Below, piece by piece: positions 24,090-37,955 of a stretch of DNA of 64,000 nucleotides. Origin of the DNA: Glaucostegus cemiculus. Taxonomy: Eukaryota. The notes under the pieces are model-generated. The model did no database searches. It was not told the DNA's origin and saw only the letters and a list, made by a program, of their open reading frames with translations. Where the stretch lies: the NCBI GenBank assembly GCA_976551045.1, contig CDPCPM010000571.1:372001-436000 (forward strand). The letters run 5' to 3'. Both the position numbers and the translations under genes were made by a program. Every line of letters begins with the position of its first letter. The stretch's first letter is position 1.

Positions 24090-24860
24090 ACTAGTTGGTT
24101 CATTTTTGGGACCTGGACATTGCTCACAAGGCCAGCGTTTATAGCCCACGTGTAATTGCCATTGAGGTGGTGCTGCTGAGACAGCTTCTTGAACCACTTC
24201 TTGGTGCTGATGGGAAGAGAGTTCCAGGATTCAGGACCAGCGATGTATTTCTAAATCAGGGTGACAGTGTGAATTGGAGGGAACCTCGTCAGTGATGCCG
24301 TTTTCATACGCCTGCTAGCCCAAGCTGCCTTGGTCGTGGAGATCATGGGTTTAGAAGGAGCTATCAGAGTAGTTTGGGCGAGTAACTGGAGTGCATTTTT
24401 ACATGGTACAGAATACAGCCACTGTGGAAGGAATAAACGCTTAAAGTAATGGATGGCAATTGTGCCAGCAGCTTTGCCCTGGACGGTGTTAGAGGCTTCT
24501 TGTTTGGAGCACTTACCCTGGCACGTAGACAGTACTGCATCACGCTCCCATCTTGTGCCTTGTAGATAATGGAGAGGCCTTGGAGCGCCAGGAGGCAATT
24601 CACCTGTCACAAGATACCCATCCTGCGACCAATTCCTGTAGCCTATTTATGTGGCTGGATGAATTGAGTTTCTGGTCAGCAGTGACACCCATGATGTTGA
24701 TGGTGGGGGTTGGGGGTGGGGTGGGTAGGTTCAATGATGGTAATGCCATTGAATGTTAAAGGTAGGTGGTTAGAAAGTCTCTGAATGGAAATGAGCATTG
24801 CCTGGCACTTCTGTGGTAAGAATCTTACCTGCCACTTCTCAGCCCATGCCTGAATGTTGA
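24090..24860 (-). mobile_element. CR1/L2-superfamily LINE 3' fragment (second family)
   Basis: IYKAQ..SVMQY and NIQAWAEKWQVRFLPQKCQAM remnants; homologues at 34790-35530, 36050-36390(+), 48250-49750 and 53910-54450. Confidence 0.75.
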
Positions 24861-25090
24861 CTTCTGCTGCTGACAGCAAACCAAGGGGTCATATACATAG
24901 TGGTGCATCAATCCTAGTCGCTACCAGACTGGAGCAACAGCATGCAAAGGGAAATAACTTCACACCTGCACAACTTGGCAAAACATTTTAAGGTTAACAG
25001 GCAACAGCTATTCAGGGGTCACAACTCCTCATTCCTATAGTGGCAATCCCCTCCCCACAGCACAGTGCCCCCACTTGCTAGACCACTCAC

Positions 25091-25194
25091 CCATCCTGTG
25101 TTCTGTAGACTGCACAGCAGTCCGTCGTCAGTCCCCTCATCATCAGAGCTTTCTTTAGGCTGTCTCGCACCGTTACCCCACATCGTGCTGGAAC
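25091..25194 (-). CDS. BRAF: BRAF exon 4 (Ras-binding domain)
   Basis: ttctag|GTT...GATGG|gtgagt; 104 nt; [35 protein letters not shown]. Confidence 0.98.
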
Positions 25195-26669
25195 CTAGAA
25201 AAGACAACAGAGATTTAATACGTAGCATATACCATTGCTGCTATTTCTCTCACACTGCCTGCTGACACTGTTGAGCCAGCCAGAGCTGCAAACAATGACA
25301 ACAAAACTCTGGAGTCAGAATGGAGATGATGCAATAATTCCTCCATCAATGATTTCTGGTGACCCTGCTGCTGTGGAGTTTCTAAATGACCGTTGCAGAC
25401 TCCACTGACACCACAGTGCCAGCCAAGAACTTGAAAGTTGGACAACAGGAGACTATATTTTAGAGCAAACAAAACTTACAGAGGCTGTTTATAAGAAGTC
25501 TGTAGCAATACTAAAAACTTCAGCAATTTCCCTATAAAATTGGTGCAATTTCTCCAGAAAATAGTTATTGGAGAATAACGCCACAATACAAATTGTGTAT
25601 AAAATAAATCTCAGTGATTTTCAGCAATGTGGGCATTACCGACAGGGAATCATCTCTATTCTAAAAGCAGAGTCACTACAGAGCAGACACAAAATTATAG
25701 CTGACCCTTAATCGCTGACTCACAGCAAAAAGAACTGTTGTCAGGAATTCAACTGCTCCTTTAGTATTTTATTCCCATCCATTTGTTTTAATCTAATAGC
25801 CCCACAATTAAGTTCCTTTCACTTCAACTTGAAGCATTGCATTTAAACAGCGTTGTTTGCAATAAACACAAAACAATGCATCAGGCTGAAGATTGTTTGA
25901 AGTTGTTACATGTGGAATATCAGCAACTGATTTTCTGTAAATCAATAAAAATGCTGGTATATTTCAACCATGAAACATCCCACACAATCAAAACTTTTCT
26001 GCAACATCAGAAATAGGAATTTCTTTCAAACTCCACCTCCTACACAGCTGAGGACTAGCATCTGATTAGGAGAGCTGTCCCACAAATTAGTCAACCAACA
26101 GCCTGACATAATTATACTCAGATTCAGGAAGCTCAAAACTGGGCATCCACAGGACGCTGTGGATGCTTGGCAGCATAAATATACATGATCATTACATTAT
26201 AATCCATAACCTCATGGCCTGGCACATTCCTTTCTCTACTCTGGTTACGTCCTAACAAGGCATCCCGCCAAAGGGGCAAGCCTTGTGGGACACCTGGCAA
26301 GAAGTGGTCCTGGAAGTCTTCACTTCAGATCCCATGAGGATAGTCTCCTCATGACATTATGTACAACACAATCCCCACCTCATTATTACGCTACCCACTC
26401 AGTGCTACTCCTCCATGCTACACTTGGAAAAAGTACTGCAAAGAGAAAGGGCACAGAATGTACTGTAAGTCAGGGATTTCATTGTCCATCACTGAGCGGC
26501 TTGGTAACAGCACTACTGACCAAGGGGACCAAGCCCTGTAGGATATAGCTGCCAAATTTTGTCCACTGTAAATAGTGAATGAGCCAACATGAGGGATAAT
26601 CTTACTTGACCTTGTCCTCACCATTCTATTGGCAGTAGAGAGCATTGGTAGAATGCACAATGCTACAAT

Positions 26670-27090
26670 GAAAAGGATTGCAAGAGGCTGCAGAGGGTTG
26701 TAGACTCAGCCAACTCTGTCACTGGCAGAACCCCCCCCCCCCACCAACCAACACCCCTCCATCGAGGGGATCTTCAAGAGGTGGCACCGCAAGGTTGTGG
26801 CTTGCATCACTAAGGACCCTCACTATCCAGGACATGCCCTCTTCTTGTTACTGCCATCACAGAGGAGGTACAGGAGCCTGAAGACCCACACTCAATGATT
26901 CAGGAACAGCTTCTTCCCCTCCGCCACCAGATTTCTGAATAGTCCTTGAACCCATGAATGCTACCTCGTTATTCCCTTTTTTGCACTATTTATTTTGTAA
27001 TTTATATTAATTTTGTCTTTGCGCTGTACTGCTGCCACAAAACAACACATTTCACGACACACAGGTCAGTGATAATAAACGAGACTCTGA
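26670..27090 (+). mobile_element. Rex1/Babar 3' fragment
   Basis: aggaccctcactatccaggacatgccctcttc...ggaggtacaggagcctgaagacccacac; tail gataataaac. Confidence 0.8.
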
Positions 27091-28054
27091 GACATGACCA
27101 CTGCACAATCCTTGCGGGGAGAGAATCTCATCTTCACACCAAAGACGCTCTCCGCCGTATGTCAAACTGCAATTATGCTCAATAGGCTAATCTCAGAACT
27201 GGCCTGGCAGCTCAGAACTAGGCATTCATGAGACATTATGAAAGTTCAGCAGCATAAATGTACACCACCAAAAGCTTCATGGCCCAGCATCTCTCTTTCT
27301 CTACCATCAAAACCAAGCTAGGGAATCAACTCCAGTTCAACAAGGATTGTGAAGGATACAGACGTCTTGTTATCAATGAGGCAATAAGTGAAAGGGAAAT
27401 AAGATCATAGCAGTGTTTAAAACAACTGGTGAATAAAGCAGAAAGGTGAGAATAAAATAGGTGAAACAGCCCAACAGGACCATGCAAGCATTCTCTTTCA
27501 TTTCCAGGCAACAAATGATCTAGAGCAACAACTTGCAATTACTTTTAATATAACAAAATATCACTAAATATCAGCAATGATGTATTTATTTAGCATTTTT
27601 AGTAAGTCTCAAGGTGCTTTACAGGAGCATTCTAAAAATTTCAACCACCAAGATGCAAGAGGAGGTATGAAGCCAAATGATAAAAAGCTTGCATTGATGA
27701 AGAAAGGAGAATGGTGCTTCTGGAGAACGTACAAGGGGAGATAGAAAAGATATGATGGAAAAATACAACGTCAAGCCCAAGGCAGAACCATTTTGGGTTA
27801 GAGGGAGGAAAAGGAGGGAGAATCAGCTAATCAAATATTTGCGGAAGAGAAAGGTTAGCGTTTATCTCAAGTCAGGCTGATGTTACAATAATGCGCCACT
27901 TTTGGCAGAAAATTACAAGGCCCCCGTAGCATTTTGTGTGTTCCAGTCAGATTGGTCTGTAAATGAAATATCTTTTCAAGCCTGCTTCCTTTGGATATGG
28001 GAGGTGAGTTGAGGCCCATACCTGCAGTCAGAGTAACAGGGACAAATGGTTTTC

Positions 28055-29110
28055 ATAGAACCGTAGTTGTAAAGCACAGATACAGGCCCCTTCAGTCCAC
28101 CTCAGCCATGCCAACCATGATGCCTATGAATACTAATCCCATTTGCCTGCATTTGGCCTGCATCCCTCCACACCTGTCCTATCCAAGTCTCTGTTCAAAC
28201 ATCTTTTAAATGTTGTAATTGCACCTGCCTCCACTGGCAGCTCATTCACTACCCTCAGATCTCGTTTAAGTTTCTCCCCTCTCACTTTACTCCTGTGCCC
28301 TCTAGTTCGAGACTCCCCTACCCTAGGAAAAAGAAACTGACCATATAGCCTATCTATGCCCCTCAATTTCATTGTCACCCTGTGAGAACAAATCCAGCCA
28401 ATCCACCCTCTTGTTACAAGTAAAACCCACCATTCCAGACAACATCCCAATGAGTTTCCCCCCTGTATTGCTACCACATCCTTCCTGTAGTGTGGCAAGC
28501 AGAACTGTAGACCATATTCTAAGTGAGGTCTAACTAATGTTTTGTACTACTGGTATTGTGGACCATGGCAGAGGCAGAAACGAAGACTTGTTTGAGGAGA
28601 CTGGTAGCAGTATGAATCATAGAACACTATGGCACAGTATGGGTCCTTCGGCCCACAATGTTGTGCCAACATTTTATCCTGCTCTAAGATCTATCTAACC
28701 CTTCCCTCCCACACAGCCCTCCATTTCGCTATCATTCGTGTGTCTATCTGACATTTAAGAGACTGTCCCTACTGTATCTGGCCCCATAACCTCTGTTGGC
28801 AGTGCATTCCACACACCCACCACTCTGTGTAAAAAATTACCTCTGACATCCCCCTTATATCTTCCTCCAATCACCTTAAAATTATGTCTCTGACTATCCA
28901 CTCGATCTATGTCTCTTATCATCTGGTACACCTCTATCAAGTCACCTCTCATCCTCCTTACCTCCAAAGAGAAAAGCCCTTGCTCGCTCAACCTATCCTC
29001 ATAAGACATGCTCTCCAATCCAGGCAGCATCCTGGTAAATCTCCTCTGCACCCTCTCTAAAGCTTCCACATCCTTCCTACAATGAGGCGACCAGAACTTA
29101 AACACAATCG
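28055..29110 (-). mobile_element. Two adjacent CR1 3' fragments
   Basis: ORFs with FWSPHCRKDVEALERVQRRFTRMLPGLE and LFPRVGESRTRGH. Confidence 0.9.
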
Positions 29111-30568
29111 TAAGACCCAAGGCTAGACTGCATAGATTTTCAGTGTACATAAATTGGACCATCTCTCCCACAATGCCCATACAAAGGAACACAGGAGGTA
29201 GCAAGATTGGAAGAATTCATAAAATCATAATCAAAATTTGTCACCGAACTGCCTAAGAAGATCAAAGAGATAGGTTTGATGGTGGTCTTGAAGGTGGTGA
29301 GAGATAGAGAGCAAGAGATTTCAAGAGGAACAAAATGCTCTATGCTCAGGCTCAACTACATATGGATGATTTGATTAATAAATCAGTGAAGCAATCAATC
29401 TTTCAGATCAGTCAGGGACTGCCTAACGATCTAAGGAAAACTGTGAATTTATCCTATGAAACATCAATAGCCTTGATGCAATGATTAACAGCACCTGATT
29501 TTGGAGGCTTAGCACCAAGCCTTTTGTCAAACTGTTTCATTAGACTGAATTCTGTAAAATGAAATCACCAGTGATCATTAACACCCTTACCCCTAACTGG
29601 GCCAGGATCCACAAGCGCACCTTCTCTCTGGCCTTCATCTTATCAACCACCAGAAATTCAGCTGTTTCCAATTGTCCCCAGCCCACCTCAACAGCTCCAG
29701 TACAGTGAAGCATTACCATGTCCCAGTAGCAAGAGCCAGGGACGGGATAGATGTTACAATGCTGGGTGAGCTGGGACAACAGCTGGCATGAAGAGATGGA
29801 GCTGCTGCATTAGCAGAATTGCTTTGTTAGGATGAAAACACCAGAGAGAAGGTAACCTGTGCATAAGACAAGTCTACTTGCCAGCTTTGTCTAGCATTAA
29901 CTTTGCAATATACAGTGCATTCCAAGTATGTGTAAATTATCGTAGAGCAATAATGAACAAAATGGATCTCAGGGAGCAAACCATCAGGCCACAGTTTCTT
30001 CTCATCTTTTTTCCACCTGAACTTTAATGGCAACAGATCAGCAAATTGAAGCTCAGTTTATGTGGAGTAGATTACATAGTCAATTGGACAGCAAATTTTA
30101 ATAGGGTTCATGAGTAAGGGGGTGGAGTGGAGATATCCTCAGTACGGCACATGGAAAGGGAATGCATTTAGTGGAGGAATACCGGGCATACAAACAGGGA
30201 CCAGACAGATGAAGGGGGGCACGTCAAGCACATAACATTGGGGACATACTGAATGAGATTGAGTCGCACGTGAATGGGTGGACCATGAATGCAAGGTTTG
30301 TTTAGGGAACACATCAGAAACACAAACTGAAAATGCTATTAGCAAGATGAATACAGGAAACAACCTCCAAAACAAAAAAAAATCTGTCTGTGGTTAGGAG
30401 TTATAGGTGCATATAGGCGATGTTAAGGAAATACATTTGTATTATGTCCACGAAGGTCCACAATACAAATTACCTTATCGTTTTCCGTCTTCATGAACTT
30501 AGGACCACTTGTTGGCCTGTAGTTGTTCCTCAGAATCTCATGTCACGCCCTTGACCGTATTTACTCAC

Positions 30569-30826
30569 CACTGTCCTCTGTTTGTTGGGCAGGAAGACTC
30601 GAACAATGGGTTTCTGAGGCGATTTGGGGTTGGCCCTCGAACTGTCATTTGGGTTCTGTAACAGGCTTGGAGAGTTCCGAGTGACAGAAAGGTGAGTGCA
30701 GGGCTCCATCAAGTCAGTGTTGGTGGGGTTAGTGTTTGTGAACTCCGTGCCATTGCCAATGGACTCCAACAATTGCTGTTCACGCTGCTGCAATGCATCC
30801 AGCTTGCTTGTGTACTCTTCATATGC
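30569..30826 (-). CDS. BRAF: BRAF exon 3 (end of BRAF-specific region, start of RBD)
   Basis: ttccag|GCA...ACAGTG|gtgagt; 258 nt; [22 protein letters not shown]...[21 protein letters not shown]. Confidence 0.98.
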
Positions 30827-31099
30827 CTGGAACACAATTCAGAATGGGAATTAATCAGCAACTGAAGAATAGTAATCACTTGTTGCAGTGCTCCACAGAG
30901 AAAACAGGCCCTTTGGCCCATCAAGCACCCACTACACCAAACCTATACTAACCCCTTTCTATTTTCTGCATGTTGCCATGAACTCTGCCCAGATTCTGCC
31001 ACTTACCTACATTTTACAGTAGCCAAGTAACCTACCAGTCCAGCACATCTTTGGGATGTGGGAAGAAACCTTATATCACAGATGATACAAACATTGCTG

Positions 31100-31755
31100 A
31101 GGAGTTTACAGAAAGATATTTTCCAACTGGTAAGTTGCGCAAAGGAATGGCAGGTGGAACTTAATCCTGATAAGTGTGAAGTGATGCATGTTAGGAGGTT
31201 AAAAAAAAAAAGAATAGTATATAGATAATGAATGGTTGGGCCCTTGGGGAGTACCGAGGAACAGAGGTACGGTGGTGTACAAGTCCAAAGATCCTTTACC
31301 ATGGTAGCACGGGTAAAGGCGGCACAAGGATGCTAGCCTTCGTTAGCTGGGGCACAGAATACAAGAGCAGGGAAGTTATGGTGCAGCCACATTCTGGTCA
31401 CACACTCTAGAAAGAACAGGAGTGCACTGGAGAGTGCAGAGGATAGTGCCTGGGATGAAGTGCCTCTGTTATAAGGAAATACTGAATGGGCTGGGCTTGT
31501 TTTCCTTGGTGCGGAGAAGGCCAACAAGGGACCCGAATAGTGACATACGAAATTGAGGGACATCGAGCAGGTGTTGGAACCTGAAACACATCGCCTGGGA
31601 GGGTGGTGGAGGCAGAAATTCTCAGAACATTTAACAAGTGTCTAGACGAGCACTTGCATCACCAATAATTGAAGGCTGTGGACCAAGTGCTGGTAAGTGG
31701 AAGGAATGCAGATGGTTGGGTGAAAGGCCTGTTCCTGTGTAGTATGACTCTATGA
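31100..31755 (+). mobile_element. CR1 3' fragment flanked by halves of a tRNA SINE
   Basis: CR1 remnant (WQVE.NP.KCEVMH); SINE parts at ~30890-31070 and ~31760-31890. Confidence 0.7.
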
Positions 31756-33899
31756 AATCAGAACACCCAGGGAAAATCATAGCAGTCACAGGGAGAATGT
31801 GTAAACTGCAGACTGACAGCACCAAGGTCAGGATTGAACAGGGTCAGATCTGTGAGGCAGCAGCTCTACTAACTGCGCCACTGTATTGCCCAATTTGCAG
31901 TAGTATTAATATAGAGTAGGTGAGATAAGTCAAAACAAATTACTTCAGACATGTGCAATTTGGCCAGTTAACAATTTACATGCACAAATATCAATAATAT
32001 ATTAATATACCATGTGAAACATTATTTTGAATAATCTTCAATTGAAACCATCACTTTAAACCTGTGACGATTACTCTAAAGCTCAGTACCAATTATTTGG
32101 GAAATCAATTACCAATCGCAGAATTATACAATGCATCAAAAGATCTTCTAATGCATCAAACCTGCGCCTGCTCTTCACAAGAGCTTTCCAACTCGTTCAC
32201 TCCCTGCTCTTCCCCCACCCCCACCCCCCCAGAGTCCTGAAACTTTTCCTCTTCAGGTATTTATTGAATTCTCTTTTTTCCAGATATTGTTGAATCTGCT
32301 TTCAGGCATATACAGATCAGGTCCCTTTTGTTTTTCAAATTTTAAACTTTACTTTAAAGTGGGAGGAAACTGGAGCACCGGTGGAAACCCACACAGACAC
32401 AATCTCCTCACAGAGAGCGACAGGAATTGAACCTCAATCACCGGCACTGTAATAGCGTTATGCTAACCACTACACTACCGTGCTGCCTTCTTTGCTTATT
32501 TCCTTAAACTTACATTCCCTCGTCATAAAGCTTCCAGCCAGCAGAAAGCAGTCTTCCTTATTCGTTCAAATCCTTTTCAAAATTGACCACACCTCTTTTA
32601 CTGTGGCCCCATGGCCTTCTCTGCTTTAAGAACATTCCTGGATTCTCAAGTCTCTCCATGTATTCAAAATACGTCAAGGCAGTAAAGACATGGCTCCGGT
32701 CGCATGCGTTAATTCCCTCAGTGACAGTCAGAAGCTTGCTAGGTCTGTGCATAATTTATGAAATCGGAGATAACTGCTTGAGCGTGACACAAGTTCCTTC
32801 GGAGCCCTTGGCTGATGAGGTGGTACAAAAGGGTTGGGTTGGTGGTAGAGAAAGAGGATTAGAATTTCATCACTGTAAAGGTGGCAAGGAGACACCTGGA
32901 TGCTGGTGGACAAAACTGGTTGCAGTGGTCCCCATGGTCAAAGTGCCCGATATTGAGGGCAGGATTGAAGTGGGGCGTAAGAGGTGAAAAACAATCAACA
33001 TTTTAGAAGTTCTGAAATCACACCTGTAAATGCCTGGGTTTTAAAATCAGCCATGACAGGATGTCCAACCTCTAATTCAAACCTGTATCTCCCCCAAACT
33101 GATGGCATTCCCTGCAGATTCCAGCAGTGAACTGGGGAATCGTATAAAAAAGGAAATCTTGCCCTTCTTGCGTCTTCAAATTTCATTCACATCCATTTTG
33201 GTTTATTCATTCAACCCTGTTCCAGTGGAGCACATTGCGTTTAATTTTGCACAGGTGAGGAAGTAAGGTGTGACCATATATATAACTAATGAAAAAAATA
33301 CCATGCATGCAAGCCCCTGACTCAAGACCACGTGGACCAGGTGGTGATTACTGTGTCTGGAACTTCATTGCAAGCCAATCATACTAAACAATTAGTGTGC
33401 AGTTTATCTTAAACAATGAGTATGAGGTTTGTCTTTGTATCTCAGGCTCCCCAATTGAAATCGGCGTAGTCGCATTGTTTAAGTGTGTGACAAGGACTGT
33501 ATAAATTAATGTCTTCCCCTCTGTATTGTGAGACCTCTGATCAAGACTCTGCATGAGAGTCAGGAGCATTCTCTCTGGCAGTATACTGCTAATAAATGTG
33601 TTTTAACAGAATTAATCTGTGGCACTGTGTGATTTTGCAGCAGGCAGGAGTGGGAACTTAAAATTGGGATAACATAGGTACCAAGAGGGCAGTCTGAATG
33701 GACAGTGAGATAAACTTTGTATTAAGTAGTTAGTGCATACAGTGGGAAGTGTGCACTGAGAATGTTATGGCAATCTAGCCCGTGTACAAATGATGACCTG
33801 ATTCTTGCAGCTAGACAAACTTGCATGCAAATATCCATCTTTAGTCAGCATAAAATCCCTCCAATCCAATATTAATTTCATGTGCCCAAGCCCTAGGGA

Positions 33900-34220
33900 T
33901 CATATAGCAGAGCAAGAGTTGGTGTGGGCGCTAGAGTAGGTTTGGAACAAGGGCTATACCACGTAACCAACAAAAAGACAGGCATAGCTGGGGACCACGC
34001 AACTACCCGTGGCTACACCTTTGATTAGAAGAATGTGGGAGGAATCAAAAAAGAACAAGTTCTGCCAGGCAGATGAGTGATTGGGGGAAGAGAACGGTTT
34101 GGGTCTTTGTTTCAGAAAGAAATGGACGACCTTAAGACCTTCCTGATGGGATAGAAATTGGATGCCCATGGTAAAGTTGAGGCAGCTGGGTCTGGGGAAG
34201 TGGAAGTATGCTGGAAGTGA
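33900..34220 (-). mobile_element. Penelope-like RT fragment
   Basis: IKGVATGSCVVPSYACLFVGYV. Confidence 0.8.
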
Positions 34221-34789
34221 ATTGGATTATGTCTGCATAATCTAAACCACACTAGCAATTAATGAATATTATGGAAGGTTCAATCTACATTAAGCCAAGC
34301 TGTATTTGTACATGGTGAATGCTAATAATGAGGACTTAACAAGAAAAGTGCTTTATTTTCCCTTACAAATATTTCCTACTTTCATGGTGCAGATGAAGCA
34401 GGATTGTATAAAATTTAAAACAAAAAGCTTTGACATTCAAAGGAATTCAGATAAAGGCAGTAAGCATCTGTTTACATGTGGAACCTTCCCTCCAAGTTAA
34501 TCAGAGTATCTTACCACGTCTAGCATTTGATACTGCAGGCACTTAGCTGGAACTATGAATGTAACCAGAGCTGTTGGTTCATAGAGAACAAATTAAAAGC
34601 ACACAGTACTTCACATCACTATTGGAAGCATCCAACAGGACATAAACACCTTCTCTCTTCACCAGTTGTAGATAAAGTGGCTGCACCAATTAACACAAAC
34701 CAAACCAAACCCTCTTCAATCTGTCCCAAGAATCAGACATTCAAGCCCTTGCACAAGGATGGCTTGTGAACTTTGGTTTGCTTTAATGA

Positions 34790-35530
34790 TTTATTTACTT
34801 GTTTTTGGAACCTGGGCACCAATGACGAGGACAGCATTTATTGTCGATCCCCACCTGCCCTAAAGAGGTCACGAAGAGCCATGTCCTGATCCACTGAAAT
34901 CCTTCAGGCAAAGGAACTCTCACAGTGTTATTGGGCAGGGAGATAGAGAATTTAGACCCAGCGACAATGAAAGTGAAGGTCAACAACATATTTCCAAGTC
35001 AGGACCATGTAACTCAGAGGGGAACCTGCAAATGGTGTTCCCATGCACCTAGTGCCCTCCTGCTTCTTAGTAGGAGAGGTCACAGGTTTGTAAGGTTCTG
35101 TCAGCGTAACCTAGGAGAGAACAGCAGTGCATTTTGTAGATTGCACAGTGGGAGGAATGAACGGTTAGTGTAGTGGGTGTAGTATCAGTGAAACAGACTA
35201 CTTTGTCCTGGGTAATGTGGAGCTTCTCAGCATTTGTTGGCACTGCACTCATTCAGTCAAATGGAGGATATCCCATCACATTCCTGACACTGGGTTTGTG
35301 GATGGTGAAAAGGCCTTGGGGTGTTAGGGGGTGGGTCACTCACCACAGACACCCAGCCACTGACCTGTTCATCTGGTCAATAGTAACCCCCAGGATGTAG
35401 ATAGTGGCAAATTCAGCAATGGCAACGCCATTGATTATCAAGGGTAGATGATTAGACTCCCTCTCCTTCGCACTTTTATGGCGAGAATATTAACTGGTTA
35501 CTCATCAGCCGCTGCTTGAATGTTATCTAG
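34790..35530 (-). mobile_element. CR1/L2-superfamily LINE 3' fragment (second family)
   Basis: Colinear with 24090-24860. Confidence 0.7.
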
Positions 35531-36449
35531 TGTACACTATGACGTGTTCTACACCCCTCCTCTACACAGTCTAGAAGAGCAGCATTGAAGGGGTCAGGGT
35601 AGGAGGTGGACATTCAGCCTAACTAAATGCTTCTGTTCCATACAAGCACCTCTTAACCTACTTCATCTCAACCCATTTGAATTAACCTCCTAAAGCCTTT
35701 CTACTTCCGGGTACTCATTCCCTTTCTCTAAATGCATTTATGCAATTTGCCTTAACCATGCCATGTGATAGCAAGTTCCACATTCTCACTTACTGTACAG
35801 TTTCTATCTGAATTCCTTACTACCTTAATTAGTGACACCCTTTCAGGACCTTTTTCAGGCCAACTGTTAGCTGACCCTTTTTCTAGATAAGAGGTGTCCC
35901 AGTTGATACTTAGTAGTTCTCAGCACTGGGAGCATCCTTGTGATCGCTTTTGTGCCTCTCCAATGCATTTATGTCCTTATTATAATATGGATAATGAACC
36001 TATCCATCGTAGTCCAACAAAGTTCATTCAAAACGCACTGCAACAGTGCATCTTGGAATATGTGACAACCCTCCTGAACTGTGAGTTCCACCAGCTCGAA
36101 GGATCAGGGCAGCAGGTGTGTGGAAACAGCATCATCTGCAATTTCCTCCCCAAAATATACACCTGCCCGACCGAGGTATGTTGCTCTTTCTTCACGCCAT
36201 TGCATCAAAATCCTGGAACTCTCTACCCAAGAACATAGTGGGAGTACCTACTCTACAATCTACCTACTCCCAATAGACCAATACAAGGACTATAATGGCT
36301 TAAGGAGGCAGCTCAGCACCACCCTCTCAAGGAGAGATAAAGATGGGCATTCAATGGGCCTTACCAGGGCACCAACATCATCTGTCTGAATAACACTACA
36401 CAGTCTAACAATTTTTGTCTTTCAATTCCATTCCTCCATAGATGAAAAT

Positions 36450-36662
36450 CGAAACAATTGCAGGTGCTGGAAATTTTAAGTAGAAGTAGAAAATGCTGAA
36501 AAATTTAGGTCAGGAGGCATCTGTGGAGAGAGGAACAACTGACGTTTCAGGTCTGAGACCCTTCGTCAGAGCTCAGTGAAAGGGATGCAGACCTGAGACA
36601 GTCATTGCTTCTCTTTCCTTGGATGCTCCCTGACCTGCTACATTTTTCCAACATTTTCTATC
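36450..36662. mobile_element. Short palindromic element made of two inverted Penelope termini
   Basis: gaaaatgctg...ggtcagg.ggcatctgtggagagag...tttcaggtctg.gaccctt mirrored by aaggg.tgcagacctga...ttcctt.gatgctccctgacctgct...catttt. Confidence 0.7.
36537..36573 (-). ncRNA. Penelope-type minimal hammerhead ribozyme motif
   Basis: Minus strand AGCT-CTGACGA-A-GGGTC-TCA-GACCT-GAAAC-GTC-AGTT: intact CUGANGA and GAAA boxes, stem II, palindromic ACGT stem III, GUC site, 4-bp stem I. Confidence 0.7.
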
Positions 36663-37029
36663 CTTCACAGATGAATCCTAGTATAGGTTTGATATTTTTT
36701 GATTTTTTTTAAACTTGCGTCATTCCTTAGCCACCTTTGACACACATGCACAATATCCACCCCATAATGTTTCGTTCTGGCCCAGCTTGGGAAATTGGAT
36801 ATGATTGTAAGTTGTGAAGAGGGCATAAGGAGGCTGCGGAGGACTATAGACAAGGATCTAGTATGTGGAGGACATGTTGAAAAAATGTGAAACTGTCCTC
36901 TTTGGCAGAAGAACGAAAAAACATACCATCTGGATGGTGGGAGATTTTAGAGCTCTGAGATGCAATAGGAATCTACATGATTCACAAAAGGTTAAAATCC
37001 AGGTACAAGTAATCAGAAGAGCTAATCGA

Positions 37030-37955
37030 GTGGTATTGGTATTGGTTTATTATCATCACTTGTACCGAGGTACAGTGAAAAGCTTGTCTTACAAACCGAT
37101 CGTACAGGTCAATTCATTACACAGTGCAGTTACACTGAGTTAGTACAGGTAAAAAACAGTAACAGTACAGAGTAAAGTGTCACAGCTACAGAGAAAGTGC
37201 AGCACAATAAGGTGCAAGGTCACAACAAGGTAGATCGTGAAGTCATAGTCCATCCCATTGTATAAGTCAACCGTTCAATAGTCTTATCACAGTGGGGTAG
37301 AAGCTGTCCTAAGTCTGGTGGTACATGCCCTCAGGCACCCTTCTACCCGATGGAAGAGGAGAGAAAAGAGAATGTCCCAGGTGGGTTGGGTCTTTGATTA
37401 TGCTGGCTGCTACACTAAGACGAGAGGTAAAGACAGAGACCAAGGAGGGGAGGCTGGTGTCCGTGATGCGCTGGGCTGTGTCCAAAACTCTCTCCAGCTT
37501 CTTACGATTCTGAGCAGAGCAGTTGCCGTACCAAGCCATGATACATCCAGATAGGATGCTTTCAGTGGTGCATCAGTAAAAGTTGGCAAGAGTCAAAGGG
37601 GACAAACCAGATTTCTTTAGCCTTCTGAGAAAGTAGAGGTGCTGATAAGCTTTCTTGGCCGTAGCATCCACATGATTTGACTAGGACAGGCTGTTGGTGA
37701 TGTTCACTCCCAGGAACTTGAAGCTCTCAACCCTCTCCACCTCAGCACCATTGATGTAGACAGGTGCATGTACACCACCCCCTTTCCTGAAGTCAATGAC
37801 CAGCTCTTTTGTTGACATTGAGGGAAAGGTTGTTGTCATGACACCATTCCACTAAGCTCTCTATCTCCTTCCTGTACTCCGACTCATCACTGTTGGAGAT
37901 ACAGCCCACAAAGGTGGTATCATCTGCAAACTTGTAGATGGAGTTAGAGCAGATT
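37030..37955 (-). mobile_element. Rex1/Babar 3' fragment inserted into a CR1 copy (36780-37030 and 37955-38510, +)
   Basis: WYGNCSAQNRKKLERV...LPSGRR; KFADD remnant at ~37920; tail gataataaaccaatacc. Confidence 0.85.

Noticed and set aside
32690-33060. Possible unclassified element or coding remnant
   Set aside because: I could not assign motifs, termini or splice signals; needs a database search.
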